The translations under genes and the position numbers were made by a program. Positions 1 through 10,804 of a DNA stretch of 64,000 nt are shown one piece after another. The DNA is taken from assembly GCA_038087875.1 (NCBI GenBank), contig CM075996.1:9798001-9862000 (forward strand), read 5' to 3'. Below the pieces are notes generated by a model. It saw only the letters and a list, made by a program, of their open reading frames with translations, was not told the origin of the DNA and did no database searches. Numbering within the stretch: the first letter of the stretch is position 1; every line of letters starts with the position of its first letter. This DNA comes from Malacoraja senta (lineage: Eukaryota).

Positions 1-600
1 AGGCTTGAAGGGCCGAATGGCCTACCCCTGCACCTAATTTCTATGTTTCTATGTTTCTATGATCGCTGGTCGGTGAGTCGAAGGGCCTGTTTCCACGCTG
101 TATCTCTAAACTAAACTAAAATCACCACAGTACACTCAGTCGGGAAGAGGTGACTACTTTGGGAATCATGGGATTGAGGCAGCAGGGTGGGGGGAGTGAT
201 GTTGGGGAGGGGTGCCGGTGGGGAATGTGGGAGGTTGGGCAGGTAGCACTCTCACACTCTGACTAGGCATCTCTGAAATGTCTTCCTTCCTCCATAAACC
301 ATGGCTTCCCCTCTACTGTGCCTGACGCATCCCTTGACCGCATCTCATCCACTTTCTGCACTCTGCTCTTATCCCTTCCCCACCTCAACAGAACACAGAT
401 GTGGTTCTACTCTTCCTTGCGTTCTACTTCCACTCACCTTTACGTGCAACGAAGCATCCTTTATGACTTCTTGTATCTTCGTCGGGATTTCACTGCCAAA
501 CTCATCTTCCCCTCTTCTAATACCAGCATTTTAAACAAACTTCCCTCGAGTCCCAACAGTCCTTTCAGTTGAAACTGTGATTTATTACCATGCTCTACAA

Positions 601-2657
601 CAGGGGTCGGCAACCTACGGCCCACGGGCCGAATCCGGCCCGTAACCCGAAATCATCCGGCCCGTAGGCGTATTTTTTTTCAATTAGTCCTGGGGCTAGC
701 AGGCTACCTGGGCACTACAGCCAGTCCTGGGGCTTGCAGGCGACCTGGGCACTACAGCCAGTCCCGGGGCAGGCGACCTGGGCACTACAGCCAGTCCCGG
801 GGCTTGCAGGCTGCCTGGGCACTACAGCCAGTCCCGGGGCTTGCAGGCTGCCTGGGCACTACAGCCAGTCCCGGGGCTTGCAGGCTGCCTGGGCACCATA
901 GCCAGTCCCGGGGCAGGCTACCTGGGCGCTACAGCCAGTCCCGGGGCAGGCGACCTGGGCACTACAGCCAGTCCCGGGGCTTGCAGGCTGCCTGGGCACT
1001 ACAGCCAGTCCCGGGGCAGGCGACATGGGCACTACAGCCAGTCCTGGGGCTTGCAGGCTGCCTGGGCACTACAGCCAGTCCCGGGGCTTGCAGGCTGCCT
1101 GGGCACTACAGCCAGTCCCGGGGCTTGCAGGCTGCCTGGGCACTACAGCCAGTCCCGGGGCAGGCGACCTGGGCACTACAGCCAGTCTCGGGTCACGCAG
1201 GCTACCTGGGCACTACAGCCAGTCCCGGGGCTTGCAGGCTGCCTGGGCACTACAGCCAGTCTCGGGTCACGCAGGCTACCTGGGCACTACAGCCAGTCCT
1301 GGGGCTTGCAGGCTGCCTGGGCACTACAGCCAGTCTCGGGTCACGCAGGCTACCTGGGCACTACAGCCAGTCCCGGGGCTTGCAGGCTGCCTGGGCACTA
1401 CAGCCAGTCCCAGGGCTTGCAGGCTGCCTGGGCACTACAGCCAGTCCCGGGGCTTGCAGGCTACCTGGGCACTACAGCCAGTCCCGGGGCTTGCAGGCTA
1501 CCTGGGCACTACAGCCAGTCCCGGGGCTTGCAGGCTACCTGGGCACTACAGCCAGTCCCGGGGCTTGCAGGCTGCCTGGGCACTACAGCCAGTCCCGGGG
1601 CTTGCAGGCTGCCTGGGCACTACAGCCAGTCCCGGGGCTTGCAGGCTGCCTGGGCACCACAGCCAGTCCCGGGGCAGGCTACCTGGGCGCTACAGCCAGT
1701 CCCGGGGCAGGCGACCTGGGCACTACAGCCAGTCCCGGGGCTTGCAGGCTGCCTGGGCACTACAGCCAGTCCCGGGGCAGGCGACATGGGCACTACAGCC
1801 AGTCCTGGGGCTTGCAGGCTGCCTGGGCACTACAGCCAGTCCCGGGGCTTGCAGGCTGCCTGGGCACTACAGCCAGTCCCGGGGCTTGCAGGCTGCCTGG
1901 GCACTACAGCCAGTCCCGGGGCAGGCGACCTGGGCACTACAGCCAGTCTCGGGTCACGCAGGCTACCTGGGCACTACAGCCAGTCCCGGGGCTTGCAGGC
2001 TGCCTGGGCACTACAGCCAGTCTCGGGTCACGCAGGCTACCTGGGCACTACAGCCAGTCCTGGGGCTTGCAGGCTGCCTGGGCACTACAGCCAGTCCCAG
2101 GGCTTGCAGGCTGCCTGGGCACTACAGCCAGTCCCGGGGCTTGCAGGCTACCTGGGCGCTACAGCCAGTCCTGGGGCTCGCAGGCGACCTGGGAACTGTA
2201 GCTAGTCCCGGGGCTTGCAGGCGACCTGGGCACTACAGCCAGTCCTGGGGCTTGCAGGCGACCTGGGCACTACAGCCAGTCCCGGGGCTTGCAGGCTGCC
2301 TGAGCACTACAGCCAGTCCCGGGGCAGGCGACCTGGGCACTACAGCCAGTCCCGGGGCAGGCGACCTGGGCATTACAGCCAGTCCCGGGGCTTGCAGGCT
2401 GCCTGGGCACTACAGCCAGTCCCGGGTCACGCAGGCTACCTGGAAACTGCAGAAAACGAATTGAAAAACACGTGAAAACTAATGCGAAAAACAACACCAA
2501 TTGTCATACTAGTTAGTATGTATTTTTACTAATTAGTAATTTAGTTAGTATGTATTATTATTACCTCCATTTATTAACTATGGCGATAGATGTGGCCCGC
2601 CATCAGCTCACAGACATGTGTCCTGGCCTCTATGCAGAACAAGGTTGCCGACCCCTG
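601..2657 (+). mobile_element. Non-autonomous hAT DNA transposon carrying an internal minisatellite
   Basis: Perfect 16-bp TIR CAGGGGTCGGCAACCT (601-616) / AGGTTGCCGACCCCTG (2642-2657); 8-bp TSD CTCTACAA (593-600) / CTCTACAG (2658-2665); subterminal CGGCCC motifs. Confidence 0.92.
685..2450. repeat. 37-bp minisatellite (CCTGGGCACTACAGCCAGTCCCGGGGCTTGCAGGCTG) with 33-bp variants and a higher-order duplication
   Basis: Directly visible tandem units; diagnostic variants recur 761 bp apart (GGGCACCA at 891/1652, CGACATGGG at 1021/1782). Confidence 0.97.
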
Positions 2658-2699
2658 CTCTACAGTCTAGTTGACAGTTCATAATATGGGGTCTACATT

Positions 2700-3219
2700 T
2701 AGTGTTGCCAACTGTCCCGTATTAGCCGGAACATCTCGTATATTGGGCTAAATTGGTTTGTCCCGTACGGGACCGCCCTTGTCCCGTATTTGACCGCTAC
2801 TACTCGGGTCGGGGGGACTGTCGGATTGTAGCGCCGCGTCCGGCCCCCGCCTCACCCGTCCCGACGTAGTGCAGCCCATGGAGTGCAGCAGCAGCAGCGC
2901 CTCGCCCGTGGCCCCGTCGGTTGGCAGCCCGGCCAGCTGTCCGACCTTCGGACCTTCGCTTACCGCCGACACCACCACCACCCCCCCTCCTTCTTCTCAT
3001 GGCCAATCATCGGTTTATGAGTTGGATGGGGAGCCGGACTTTGCGGGCGACATTGCGCGGCCCGGGCCAAAACTCCTCAGCTGGCTCGCTGCCTGGGCTT
3101 TGTGTGCAGTCCAGCACCCAGGCCAACTCATCATTCACCCAGCCAAGGCCGAGTCGGGAATTTGTCCCTTATTTTGACCTTTTGTCCCTTATTTGGGAGG
3201 GAGAAAATTGGCAACCCTA
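2700..3219. mobile_element. Non-autonomous hAT (Blackjack-like termini)
   Basis: TIR TAGTGTTGCCAA / TTGGCAACCCTA; perfect 8-bp TSD TCTACATT (2692-2699, 3220-3227); subterminal TGTCCC motifs. Confidence 0.9.
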
Positions 3220-3422
3220 TCTACATTGGAGAAACCAAACCCAGGTTGGGTGGCTGCTTTGTGAAGCACCTGAGGTCAGTCTATATACCTGGCGCTTCTG
3301 CCTGCCACTTTAATTCCTCCATTCCACTCGGACCTATCTGTCTGTGGGCTCCCGCACTGTGTTCGCAAGGCCTAATGATTCATACTTATTTCTACCGACA
3401 CCCCATCGACTACATCGACTTC

Positions 3423-4370
3423 ACACTGTAAAGCAGCCAACATAATCACGGATCACTTACATCCCCCGTCATTTCTCTTCTCCCCTCTCTTGTTGGGCAG
3501 AAGATCCAGAAGCTGGAAAATATGCACAACCTGCTTCTTCCCCGCTGTTATCAGAATCTTGAATGAACCTTCATGTGTTCAGGATGTATTCCCGATCTTC
3601 CAATCTACCTCACTGCACTCCACGCACTTTTTTTTTAAACCTGCACTTCCTCTGTATCTGTAACACTACACTATTTTCACATTTTCCCTACCTGTTGTAC
3701 TCATGTGCGTAACGATGTGAGGTGACAGGATGCAAAACTGTTTTTTCCACTGTATCTCAGAGCAAGTGACAATATTAAACCAAAACCACTTTGTAAGCTT
3801 GGGGAACAGCACATTGTATTCTGTCTGGGCAAATTGCTGTCTTCTGAGGACTCACATTTGGGACGGATGGGAGTTTTTTTTAACCATAACACCAGATTAA
3901 TTACAGAATGTGAATTCCACAGCAGCCCTGGTGGGATTGAAACTCACGGCCTACCAGTCGTTCTCACCTACACCTCCCCACAACATGAATCGCACCTCAC
4001 GCTGCCTCGGCAAGGACACCAGCATTATCAAGGACGCGTCTCACCCCGGCCACTCCCTCAGGCAAGAGATACAGAAGTGAAAATGCATACCTCCAGATTC
4101 AGGGACAGTTTCTTCCCAGCTGCTGTCCTACCATCCTACCAACGATAAAAGCAGTCCCGAGCTACTATCTACCTTGCTGGAGACCCTCAGACTATCTATA
4201 ATCGGATATTACTGGACTTTATCTTGCACTAAACATTATTCCCTTCATCATGTTTCTGTACACTGTGGACGGCTCGATTGTAATCATGTATTGTCTTTCT
4301 GCTGACTGCTTAGCACGCAACAAAAGCTTTTTTACACGTGACAATAAACTAAACTAAATCAACTAAACTA
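3423..4370 (+). mobile_element. Two Rex-Babar-type LINE 3' end fragments
   Basis: Decayed HP...GRRYRS...RFRDSFFPA C-terminal motif (ORF track: KMHTSRFRDSFFPAAV); ends in GTGACAAT(A)AA plus short repeat tails. Confidence 0.65.
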
Positions 4371-4684
4371 GACTGGTGGGCAGAGTGCTGAGTGAGGTGA
4401 GTTTCAATCCCGTCATTCCAAAGGGGAATTTAAATACAATTAATGAAATAAATCTGGAATTTAAATAGAAAACTGCTATTAGCTTTAATGAGAAGTACTA
4501 GATGTTGACCCTTAACCAGCACGATTAGTGATGGACTGGGCACTTGCTATTGATAGCCACATCCAGTGAGTGCATTTTAAATATTTAGAGCATGCTTCCT
4601 TTACAGCAGGGATCTAGAATTAGGGAGAATTTAAAGTAAGAGATCGTCCAATTAAGTTGGCAGTGAGGAGAAATGTATTTTCTC

Positions 4685-5400
4685 ATAGAGTTTGATAGTT
4701 ATAACGTCATACAGCGTGGATTCAGGCCCTTCGGCCCAACTTGCCCACACCGACCAACTATACGAGTCCCATTGGCCCATATCCCTCTAAACCTGACCTA
4801 TGTACCTGTACAAATATTTCTGTTCATAATCAATGTACCTGTTCAAATATTGCAAAAAGTACCTGCCTCAACCACCTCTTCTGGCACCCACCACCCCTTG
4901 TGTAAAAAAATTGCCCCTCAGGTCCCTATTAAATCTTCACGCCCCTCACCTTAAACCCATGTTCTCTGGTTCGCGATTCCCCTACTCTGGACAATCGACT
5001 CTGTACATCTACCCGATCTATTCCGTTCACGGTTTAGTACACTTCTTCTATAAGATCACCCCTCATCCTCCTGCACTACAAGGAATAGAGTCCCAGCCTA
5101 CTCAACCTGTCCCTGTAGCTCAGGCCCTTCAGTCCTGGCAACATCCTCAGAAATCTTCTCTGTACCCTTTCCAGCTTGACAACATCTTTGCTATAACTGG
5201 CACGGGTTATTGATTAGGGACGATCAGCCATGATCACAATGAATGGCAGTGCTGGCTCGGAGGGCCGAATGGCCTCCTCCTGCACCTATTTTCTATATTT
5301 CTATGTAACATGGTGCCGAAAACTGAACACAATACTCTAAATGTGGCCTCGCCTACATCTTATAGAACTACAACATGACTCCCCAAGAGTTGTGAATCTC
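4685..5400 (-). mobile_element. CR1-type LINE 3' fragment with a nested plus-strand CR1 tail (about 5199-5305)
   Basis: Reverse complement of the CR1 3' ends at 17.3 kb and 27.3 kb; the nested piece ends in TTCTATGT-type repeats. Confidence 0.75.
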
Positions 5401-6239
5401 TGTAACCCTCCACCTCAGAGAGTTGTGGAGTTGGAATTGTTGAGTATATTCAGGATATACTGTAGATAGAGAAATAGATAGAGAGACACTTGGTGAATGG
5501 AGAAATCCAGGGTTATAGGACACCAGCAGGAGAGGGGAGCTGAGACCAAGATCAGACCAGCCATGATCTTATTGAATGGCTGTACAGGCCTGAGGGCCAA
5601 GTGACCTGCTCCCGTTCCTTTTTCTTATGTCCATGGTCAAAGCAGAAGGTTGTAGGAGGTTGATAAAAGGAGGAGAGAGTGGAGGGCAGGTTAATAGTAA
5701 GATTAAATGAGAACTTACCAGTTTGAAGTTTGATCTTTATTTTATGAGGAGTTACGATGAGGGATTACGTGAAGAAGACCCCGGTCGTCCGCATGGGCGT
5801 CAATCTTCAAAGCAGCGGTGTGAAATCACAGATAAAAGTAATTGAAGTAACATAGTAAGATTAGAGAAGACTAGAACTACCAGATGACCTTTATGAGGGT
5901 TGGGAGCGGAGGGCACGTAATCCCTCATCGTAACTCCTCATAAAATAAAGATCAAACTTCAAACTGGTAAGTTCTCATTTAATCTTACTATTTTACTTCG
6001 GAGTCACGTGAGTGACTACGTGAAGATTTCAAAGCTCTGTGATTTCATGCCATGAGAAACGAGTCTACACAACCACAACTGCTTCATTGACAGATGAGGG
6101 AAACATTCATAATGCATACAGACATGACATAGATTTAAAACATGCTGATGCTGTCAAATGAAGTAAAAATAATAGTAACACTTCTCATCCAGATGGAAAC
6201 TATAAATAGAACGTAAAATAGAGTTGACAAATACCCCTG

Positions 6240-6620
6240 GTCTGGCAATGGGTTATTATAAAATGTTTGGAAATTCGTTCGTTTGACCACGCTGCAGCCG
6301 TTAGGATGTGGTCCAGCGGGACGTAAATAACCCTTGCTGCTAATGTTGTAGCAGCCCAGGTGGAGTGAGATCTGGAAATCAGTATCTACTCCTGCATAAA
6401 TCGAACTTTGTTTATTACCTGGAAATGGTCTGAACGTATACGTTCTTATAACGTTTTTTGTAACTAACAAGCATTGCTAGTTCAGAGCCTCGAAGGCTCT
6501 AGGTGACCTTGACGTATAGTTGTATATGTGTGCCCTCACATAACCAAAGGTCCCTGGGTATGCCTTGAACTATTTTGAGACCTGACACCCCTTCTGCTCT
6601 GCTTACTTAAATTATAACCA
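6240..6620 (-). pseudogene. DIRS tyrosine recombinase C-terminal relic (frameshifted)
   Basis: Manual translation across two frameshifts: AGVDTDF/RSHSTWAATTLAARVIYVPLDHILTAAAWSNER/FQTFYNNPL, matching the DIRS YR pattern HSTR...IL.AAGWS...F..FY. Confidence 0.82.
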
Positions 6621-6803
6621 TAAAATATTATATATATTATTTACAGATGTAATCATCCTGTCCCGTCGCAATTATGTAGCGACTGAACCTGTTGCGCTAA
6701 AACCAGAGCCAGGAGGATAACTACCTTATGAGAGCCGGCCAAAGCTAAGGACGTAGCTGGAGCCCCCTGGTGAAATAGTGTTAACACAAGGTCAATATCC
6801 CAT

Positions 6804-6898
6804 GGTACACAAAAATGCTGGAGAAACTCAGCGGGTGCAGCAGCATCTATGGAGCGAAGGAAATAGGTAACGTTTCGGGCCGAAACCCTTCTTCAGAC
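6804..6898 (-). mobile_element. 95-bp Penelope pLTR-derived unit with hammerhead-like core, inserted in DIRS
   Basis: Minus strand starts GTCTGAAGAAGGGTTTCGGCCCGAAACGTT; flanking direct repeat CAATATCCCAT (6793-6803, 6903-6913); identical to 22975-23069. Confidence 0.85.
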
Positions 6899-7379
6899 CG
6901 TACAATATCCCATACTGCATTGTACTTGTCCTGGGAGAACTTGTGTTAAAGATATCCTTTACAAACTCGACATCCGGGGGTGAACCCGACAGAGTGGGTC
7001 CCGTTTGCTGCAGCAAATATGATGGGAAGGCACGTTGGCACAGTTAATGGCCCTATAACTCAATTATTGTCAAAAGACCATTAAAAATTGAACCCCAAAA
7101 CGTCAGTAATCTGTACCGTTTTAAATGTAACATTAGCATTAAACAAAACGCTTCCCATCTCCTGAAGAAGAAATGTACTGCTTTTTTGGTGCTATCCCAG
7201 CCCTCTGGAGTGAACACATACAGGGATAGGTTTGACAACCCAAGCCGTAGGGACAGTCTATTCACAATCTGCAGAACATAAATTGATTTTATCATGCAAC
7301 GTTTTTTTCCCGAGCCACAGGCTGAACCTGCAAAGTTTACCTTTAGAATAACCGTATAAGGTTGTATTATTATTCCCGA

Positions 7380-8040
7380 CAAAATCGGGAATCAAAGCTG
7401 CATAGGCCAATCAGACAGTAGGAAAACCTAAGGCGGGATCTTGATGACTTTATTTGAAGACCCAACTGATGAGGCAAAATGGAGGAAGACATAAAAGACC
7501 ATTCCTCCCCCTTGTAGCGAGAATGTATCTTTCGCCACTGTTAAGCCACATATTTTTGCAACCTGTGAATAAGCATGAAAACCAACATATCGATATTTGG
7601 TGTTCCATTGAACCAGCATTTCATAAATACTGTGTGATCCAACACCCATTCTGTGTTGTCATTGATCTGTACTTGATGATACACCAGTGGCAAGTGAGAT
7701 TAGGTAAACTATTACAGGATACTTTTACTTGATTGCACCCATGTGACTAACATATGCCACCACCATAGTGTATCAAGTTGAAGTTGAGCATGCAGAATAT
7801 GCATATTCGCTCAGTCACTCTTTAACCCATAGAATGCACGTAGGGTCTATAGATAGTTGATACCAATAACTGAAGAATTGGTAACTCATGCAAATCTCCT
7901 CCACCTCCAAACTAGAGATGACATTCGCAATTTCCCACTTTAGCATCAGTTTGCAATATAACTGAAATTTTACTGACCAAACTACTGGAGCAATGCTGAA
8001 TACTATTTGTCCATCATTGTGACCCTAGTAGCCTCAGCTG
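7380..8040 (-). pseudogene. DIRS RNase H / methyltransferase-like domain relic
   Basis: Minus-strand fragments TEWVLDHTVF...GTPNIDML...DTFSL...FYVFLHF...DWPMQ resemble the DIRS pattern EW.L...F...P.IDLFA...DAF...YAFPPF...WP.Q.W; many stops and frameshifts. Confidence 0.6.
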
Positions 8041-8042
8041 GT

Positions 8043-10020
8043 AATAATAATAATAATAATAATACATTTTATTTGTATAGCGCTTTTCAAGGACTCAAAG
8101 TCGCTTTACATGGAGAGTCAAGAACAAAACAAAATAGAGCAGTAAGACAGAGATGCAAAGGGGAGGGGGACATGGGACTAAGGGTATGCAGAGGTGAAGA
8201 GATGGGTCTTGAGGCGGGACTGGAGGATGGTGAGGGACTCAGAATTTTGAATCAATTGTGGGAGGGAGTTCCAGAGCCTGGGAGCTGCCCTGGAGAAGGT
8301 TCTGTTTCCAAAAGTGCAGAGGTTGGATTTCGGAATGGAGAGGAGACCGGCTGATGTGGATCTGAGGGACCGTGAGGGTTGGTAGGGGGAGAGGAGGTCA
8401 GTGAGATAAGGGGGGGCCAAGTGGTTGAGGGCTTTGTAGGTGAGGACCAGGATTTTGTAGATGATCCGGTGGGAAATGGGAAGCCAGTGAAGTTCTTTGA
8501 GAACTGTGGTGATGTGGTGCCAGGATTTGGTGTGGGTGATGAGTCTGGCGGCTGCATTCTGGACCAGTTGGAGTCGGTTGATGTTGCTGGAATTAATGCC
8601 AAAGAGAAGAGAGTTACAGTAGTCCAGTCGGGAGGAGATGAAGGCATGGATGAGTCTTTCAGCAGCGGGGGGTGTGAGAGAGGGTCTGATTTTGGCAATG
8701 TTGCGGAGGTGAAAAAATGATGTTTTGGCAACATGGCGGATGTGAGGCTCAAGGGAGAGGGTTGAGTCAAAGATCATGCCAAGGTTGCGGGCCTGAGGAG
8801 ATGGGGAGACAGTGGTGCCGTCAATAGTGAGAGTGGGGTTGTTAATTTTGGTAAGTGTTGATTTGGAGCCAATGAGGAGAAATTCTGTTTTGTTACTGTT
8901 TAATTTAAGGAAGTTGAGTTGCATCCAAGATTTGATGGCTGACAGGCAGGAGTTGATATGGGAGAGAGGGGGGTGGTTGGGGGACTTGGTGCTGAGATAG
9001 ATCTGGGTGTCATCAGCATAGCAATGGAAGTCCAGGTTGAAGTGACGGAGTATAAGACCAAGGGGGAGGATGTAGATGATGAAGAGGAGGGGACCGAGAA
9101 CGGAGCCTTGGGGAACGCCTTGAGTGACAGTGGCTGTGGCAGAGGTGTGGTTATGGAGAGAGATGAAGTGGGATCGGTTGGAAAGGTAAGAACGGAACCA
9201 GCTGAGTGCAGAACCTTCAATGCCAAGGTCCCTAAGTCTGGTGAGCAGGATGTTGTGGTTGACGGTATCGAAGGCTGCACTCAGGTCGAGGAGGATGAGG
9301 ATGTTGAGGGAACCAGTGTCAGCAGAGGTGAGGAGGTCGTTGAGGACTTTGAGGAGAGCAGTTTCTGTGCTATGGAGGGGGTGAAAACCAGATTGGAGGG
9401 GTTCGTATAGGTTGTATGCGAGGAGGTGGGAATGAAGTTGTGACGCGACGATGCGCTCCAGGGTTTTTGAAAGAAAGGGGAGGTTTGAGATAGGGCGGTA
9501 GTTGAGAGAGGAGGGATCAAGACCAGGTTTCTTTAAGATTGGTGTGACAGCAGCAGTTTTGAAAGCAGAGGGGACAATTCCTTGGGACAATGAGGAGTTG
9601 AAGAGATTAGTGAGGTAGGGGCAGAGAGCAGGGAGGCAGGACTTCAGCAGGGGAGTGGGGAGAGGGTCGAGGGAGCAGGTAGTGGGTTTGGAAGAGCTGA
9701 TGAGTTTGGAGATTTCAGAAGGGGTGACCAGGTCAAACTGGGAGAGGAAGCAGTGTGGAGGAGGGGTAAGAAGGTCAGTGGAGATGTTGAAAGGAAGGGC
9801 CTTGGTAGGTGGTGGAGTAGATGCTGGGGAGTCGGGTACAGGGGATAAAGATTGATAGATGGTGCTGATTTTGTCAGCGAAAAAGTGGAGGAATGAGTTG
9901 CAGAGATCCGGAGTGGAGGTAGGGAGAGTTTTGGCTCGGGGCTTGAGGAGGTTGGACACTGTGGAGAAGAGGGTTCTGTGGTTTAGGCAGGGGTCGGTGA
10001 ATATGGAGGAGGATAGCATA
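8043..10020 (-). mobile_element. 5'-truncated L2-clade LINE nested in the DIRS element
   Basis: RT ORF followed by a short 3' UTR ending TGTAAAGCGACTTTGAGTCCTTGAAAAGCGCTATACAAATAAAATGT and an (ATT)n tail at about 8043-8063. Confidence 0.9.
8178..10019 (-). CDS. LINE (L2 clade) ORF2 reverse transcriptase, N-terminally truncated (no endonuclease domain)
   Basis: 613 aa without stops; motifs CSLDPLPT, YRPISNLPFLSK, LLDLSAAFDTV, GVPQGSVLGPLLF, YADD, SRLDYCNSLL, LHWLPI. The ATG lies at the truncation junction and is probably not native. Confidence 0.9.
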   Translation of the reverse strand: MLSSSIFTDPCLNHRTLFSTVSNLLKPRAKTLPTSTPDLCNSFLHFFADKISTIYQSLSPVPDSPASTPPPTKALPFNISTDLLTPPPHCFLSQFDLVTPSEISKLISSSKPTTCSLDPLPTPLLKSCLPALCPYLTNLFNSSLSQGIVPSAFKTAAVTPILKKPGLDPSSLNYRPISNLPFLSKTLERIVASQLHSHLLAYNLYEPLQSGFHPLHSTETALLKVLNDLLTSADTGSLNILILLDLSAAFDTVNHNILLTRLRDLGIEGSALSWFRSYLSNRSHFISLHNHTSATATVTQGVPQGSVLGPLLFIIYILPLGLILRHFNLDFHCYADDTQIYLSTKSPNHPPLSHINSCLSAIKSWMQLNFLKLNSNKTEFLLIGSKSTLTKINNPTLTIDGTTVSPSPQARNLGMIFDSTLSLEPHIRHVAKTSFFHLRNIAKIRPSLTPPAAERLIHAFISSRLDYCNSLLFGINSSNINRLQLVQNAAARLITHTKSWHHITTVLKELHWLPISHRIIYKILVLTYKALNHLAPPYLTDLLSPYQPSRSLRSTSAGLLSIPKSNLCTFGNRTFSRAAPRLWNSLPQLIQNSESLTILQSRLKTHLFTSAYP

Positions 10021-10517
10021 GGTGTGTTAACAACCTACATGGCACTTTAGAGTTTGCCATTTAGCATGATGTCAGCTCTCCCACTTGCACAGCTGAATCA
10101 CAGCTATTATATTGCCAATTAGTCTTAATGAATAGAAGGCTGCTTTATAACAACAAGACTGTTACAGGTTTCTATTAACTCCAATCTGTTGCCCAGGGCG
10201 GAGTCATAGGCCAATAAATAGCTAAAGGTAAATCCCAATGACCAACAAGTCTATTTGGTAAAACATAATTTTTTACTGGATAGAGGAGCCCAATTTCTCA
10301 AATATAGTTTGAGACTGAAACAGTGGATTTTAGCAAAATACAGCATTAAAATATCACCCAGTCAAGACATTACAAGTGTTTTTAACTCTGAGTAGTCCGC
10401 TTTGAATGCTTTATTGTCATCATACTGTTATTATTGCCTCATCATAGCAATTGCCTCCTCCAAATCTCTCCGATGATCCCTGTAAATGGGAACACCCTAT
10501 GAAATCAGTTGTTAATC

Positions 10518-10776
10518 ATAGAAACATAGAAACATAGAAAGTAGGTGCGAGAGTAGACCACCAGGCCCATCGAGCCCGCACCGCCATTCGCTCATGGCTG
10601 AACACTAAACAGACACCCTTACCCACAAACAGTAGACACAAGACACAGAACACAAGACACTCCCCTCCCCTTTATATCGCTATCACCCCTCTCCACCCCA
10701 AGAACCGCGTGATCTCCTGGGGGAGGCAAAAAACCGGATAAAAACCCAGGTCCAATTCGGGAAAAAAATCCGGGAA
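10518..10776 (-). mobile_element. Short retroposon fragment with CR1-type (TTCTATGT)n tail and atypical body
   Basis: Begins (plus) CATAGAAACATAGAAACATAGAAAGTAGGTGC and resembles the CR1 end at 25770 for about 80 bp, then diverges. Confidence 0.55.
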
Positions 10777-10804
10777 CAGGCCACGCCTGCCATCATTTCG
10801 TGCC

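Larger units (their letters stand above)
270..3390 (+). mobile_element. Decayed Penelope-like retroelement relic (linker/GIY-YIG region), split by two hAT insertions
   Basis: 3222 onward translates YIGETKPRLGGCFVKHLRSV, matching the better-preserved YIGKTERRLSKRLAEHLHSVR at 58.7 kb; 270-590 resembles the upstream Penelope segments at 57.7 kb and 59.1 kb. Confidence 0.65.

Noticed and set aside
685..2450. CRISPR-like array (37-bp period; also the 36-bp array at 10.9 kb)
   Set aside because: Units are contiguous with no unique spacers, there are no cas genes, and the context is eukaryotic.
804..2464. Three overlapping 450-480 aa ORFs
   Set aside because: Artefact of a stop-free 37-bp unit cycling through all three frames; lies inside a non-autonomous transposon.
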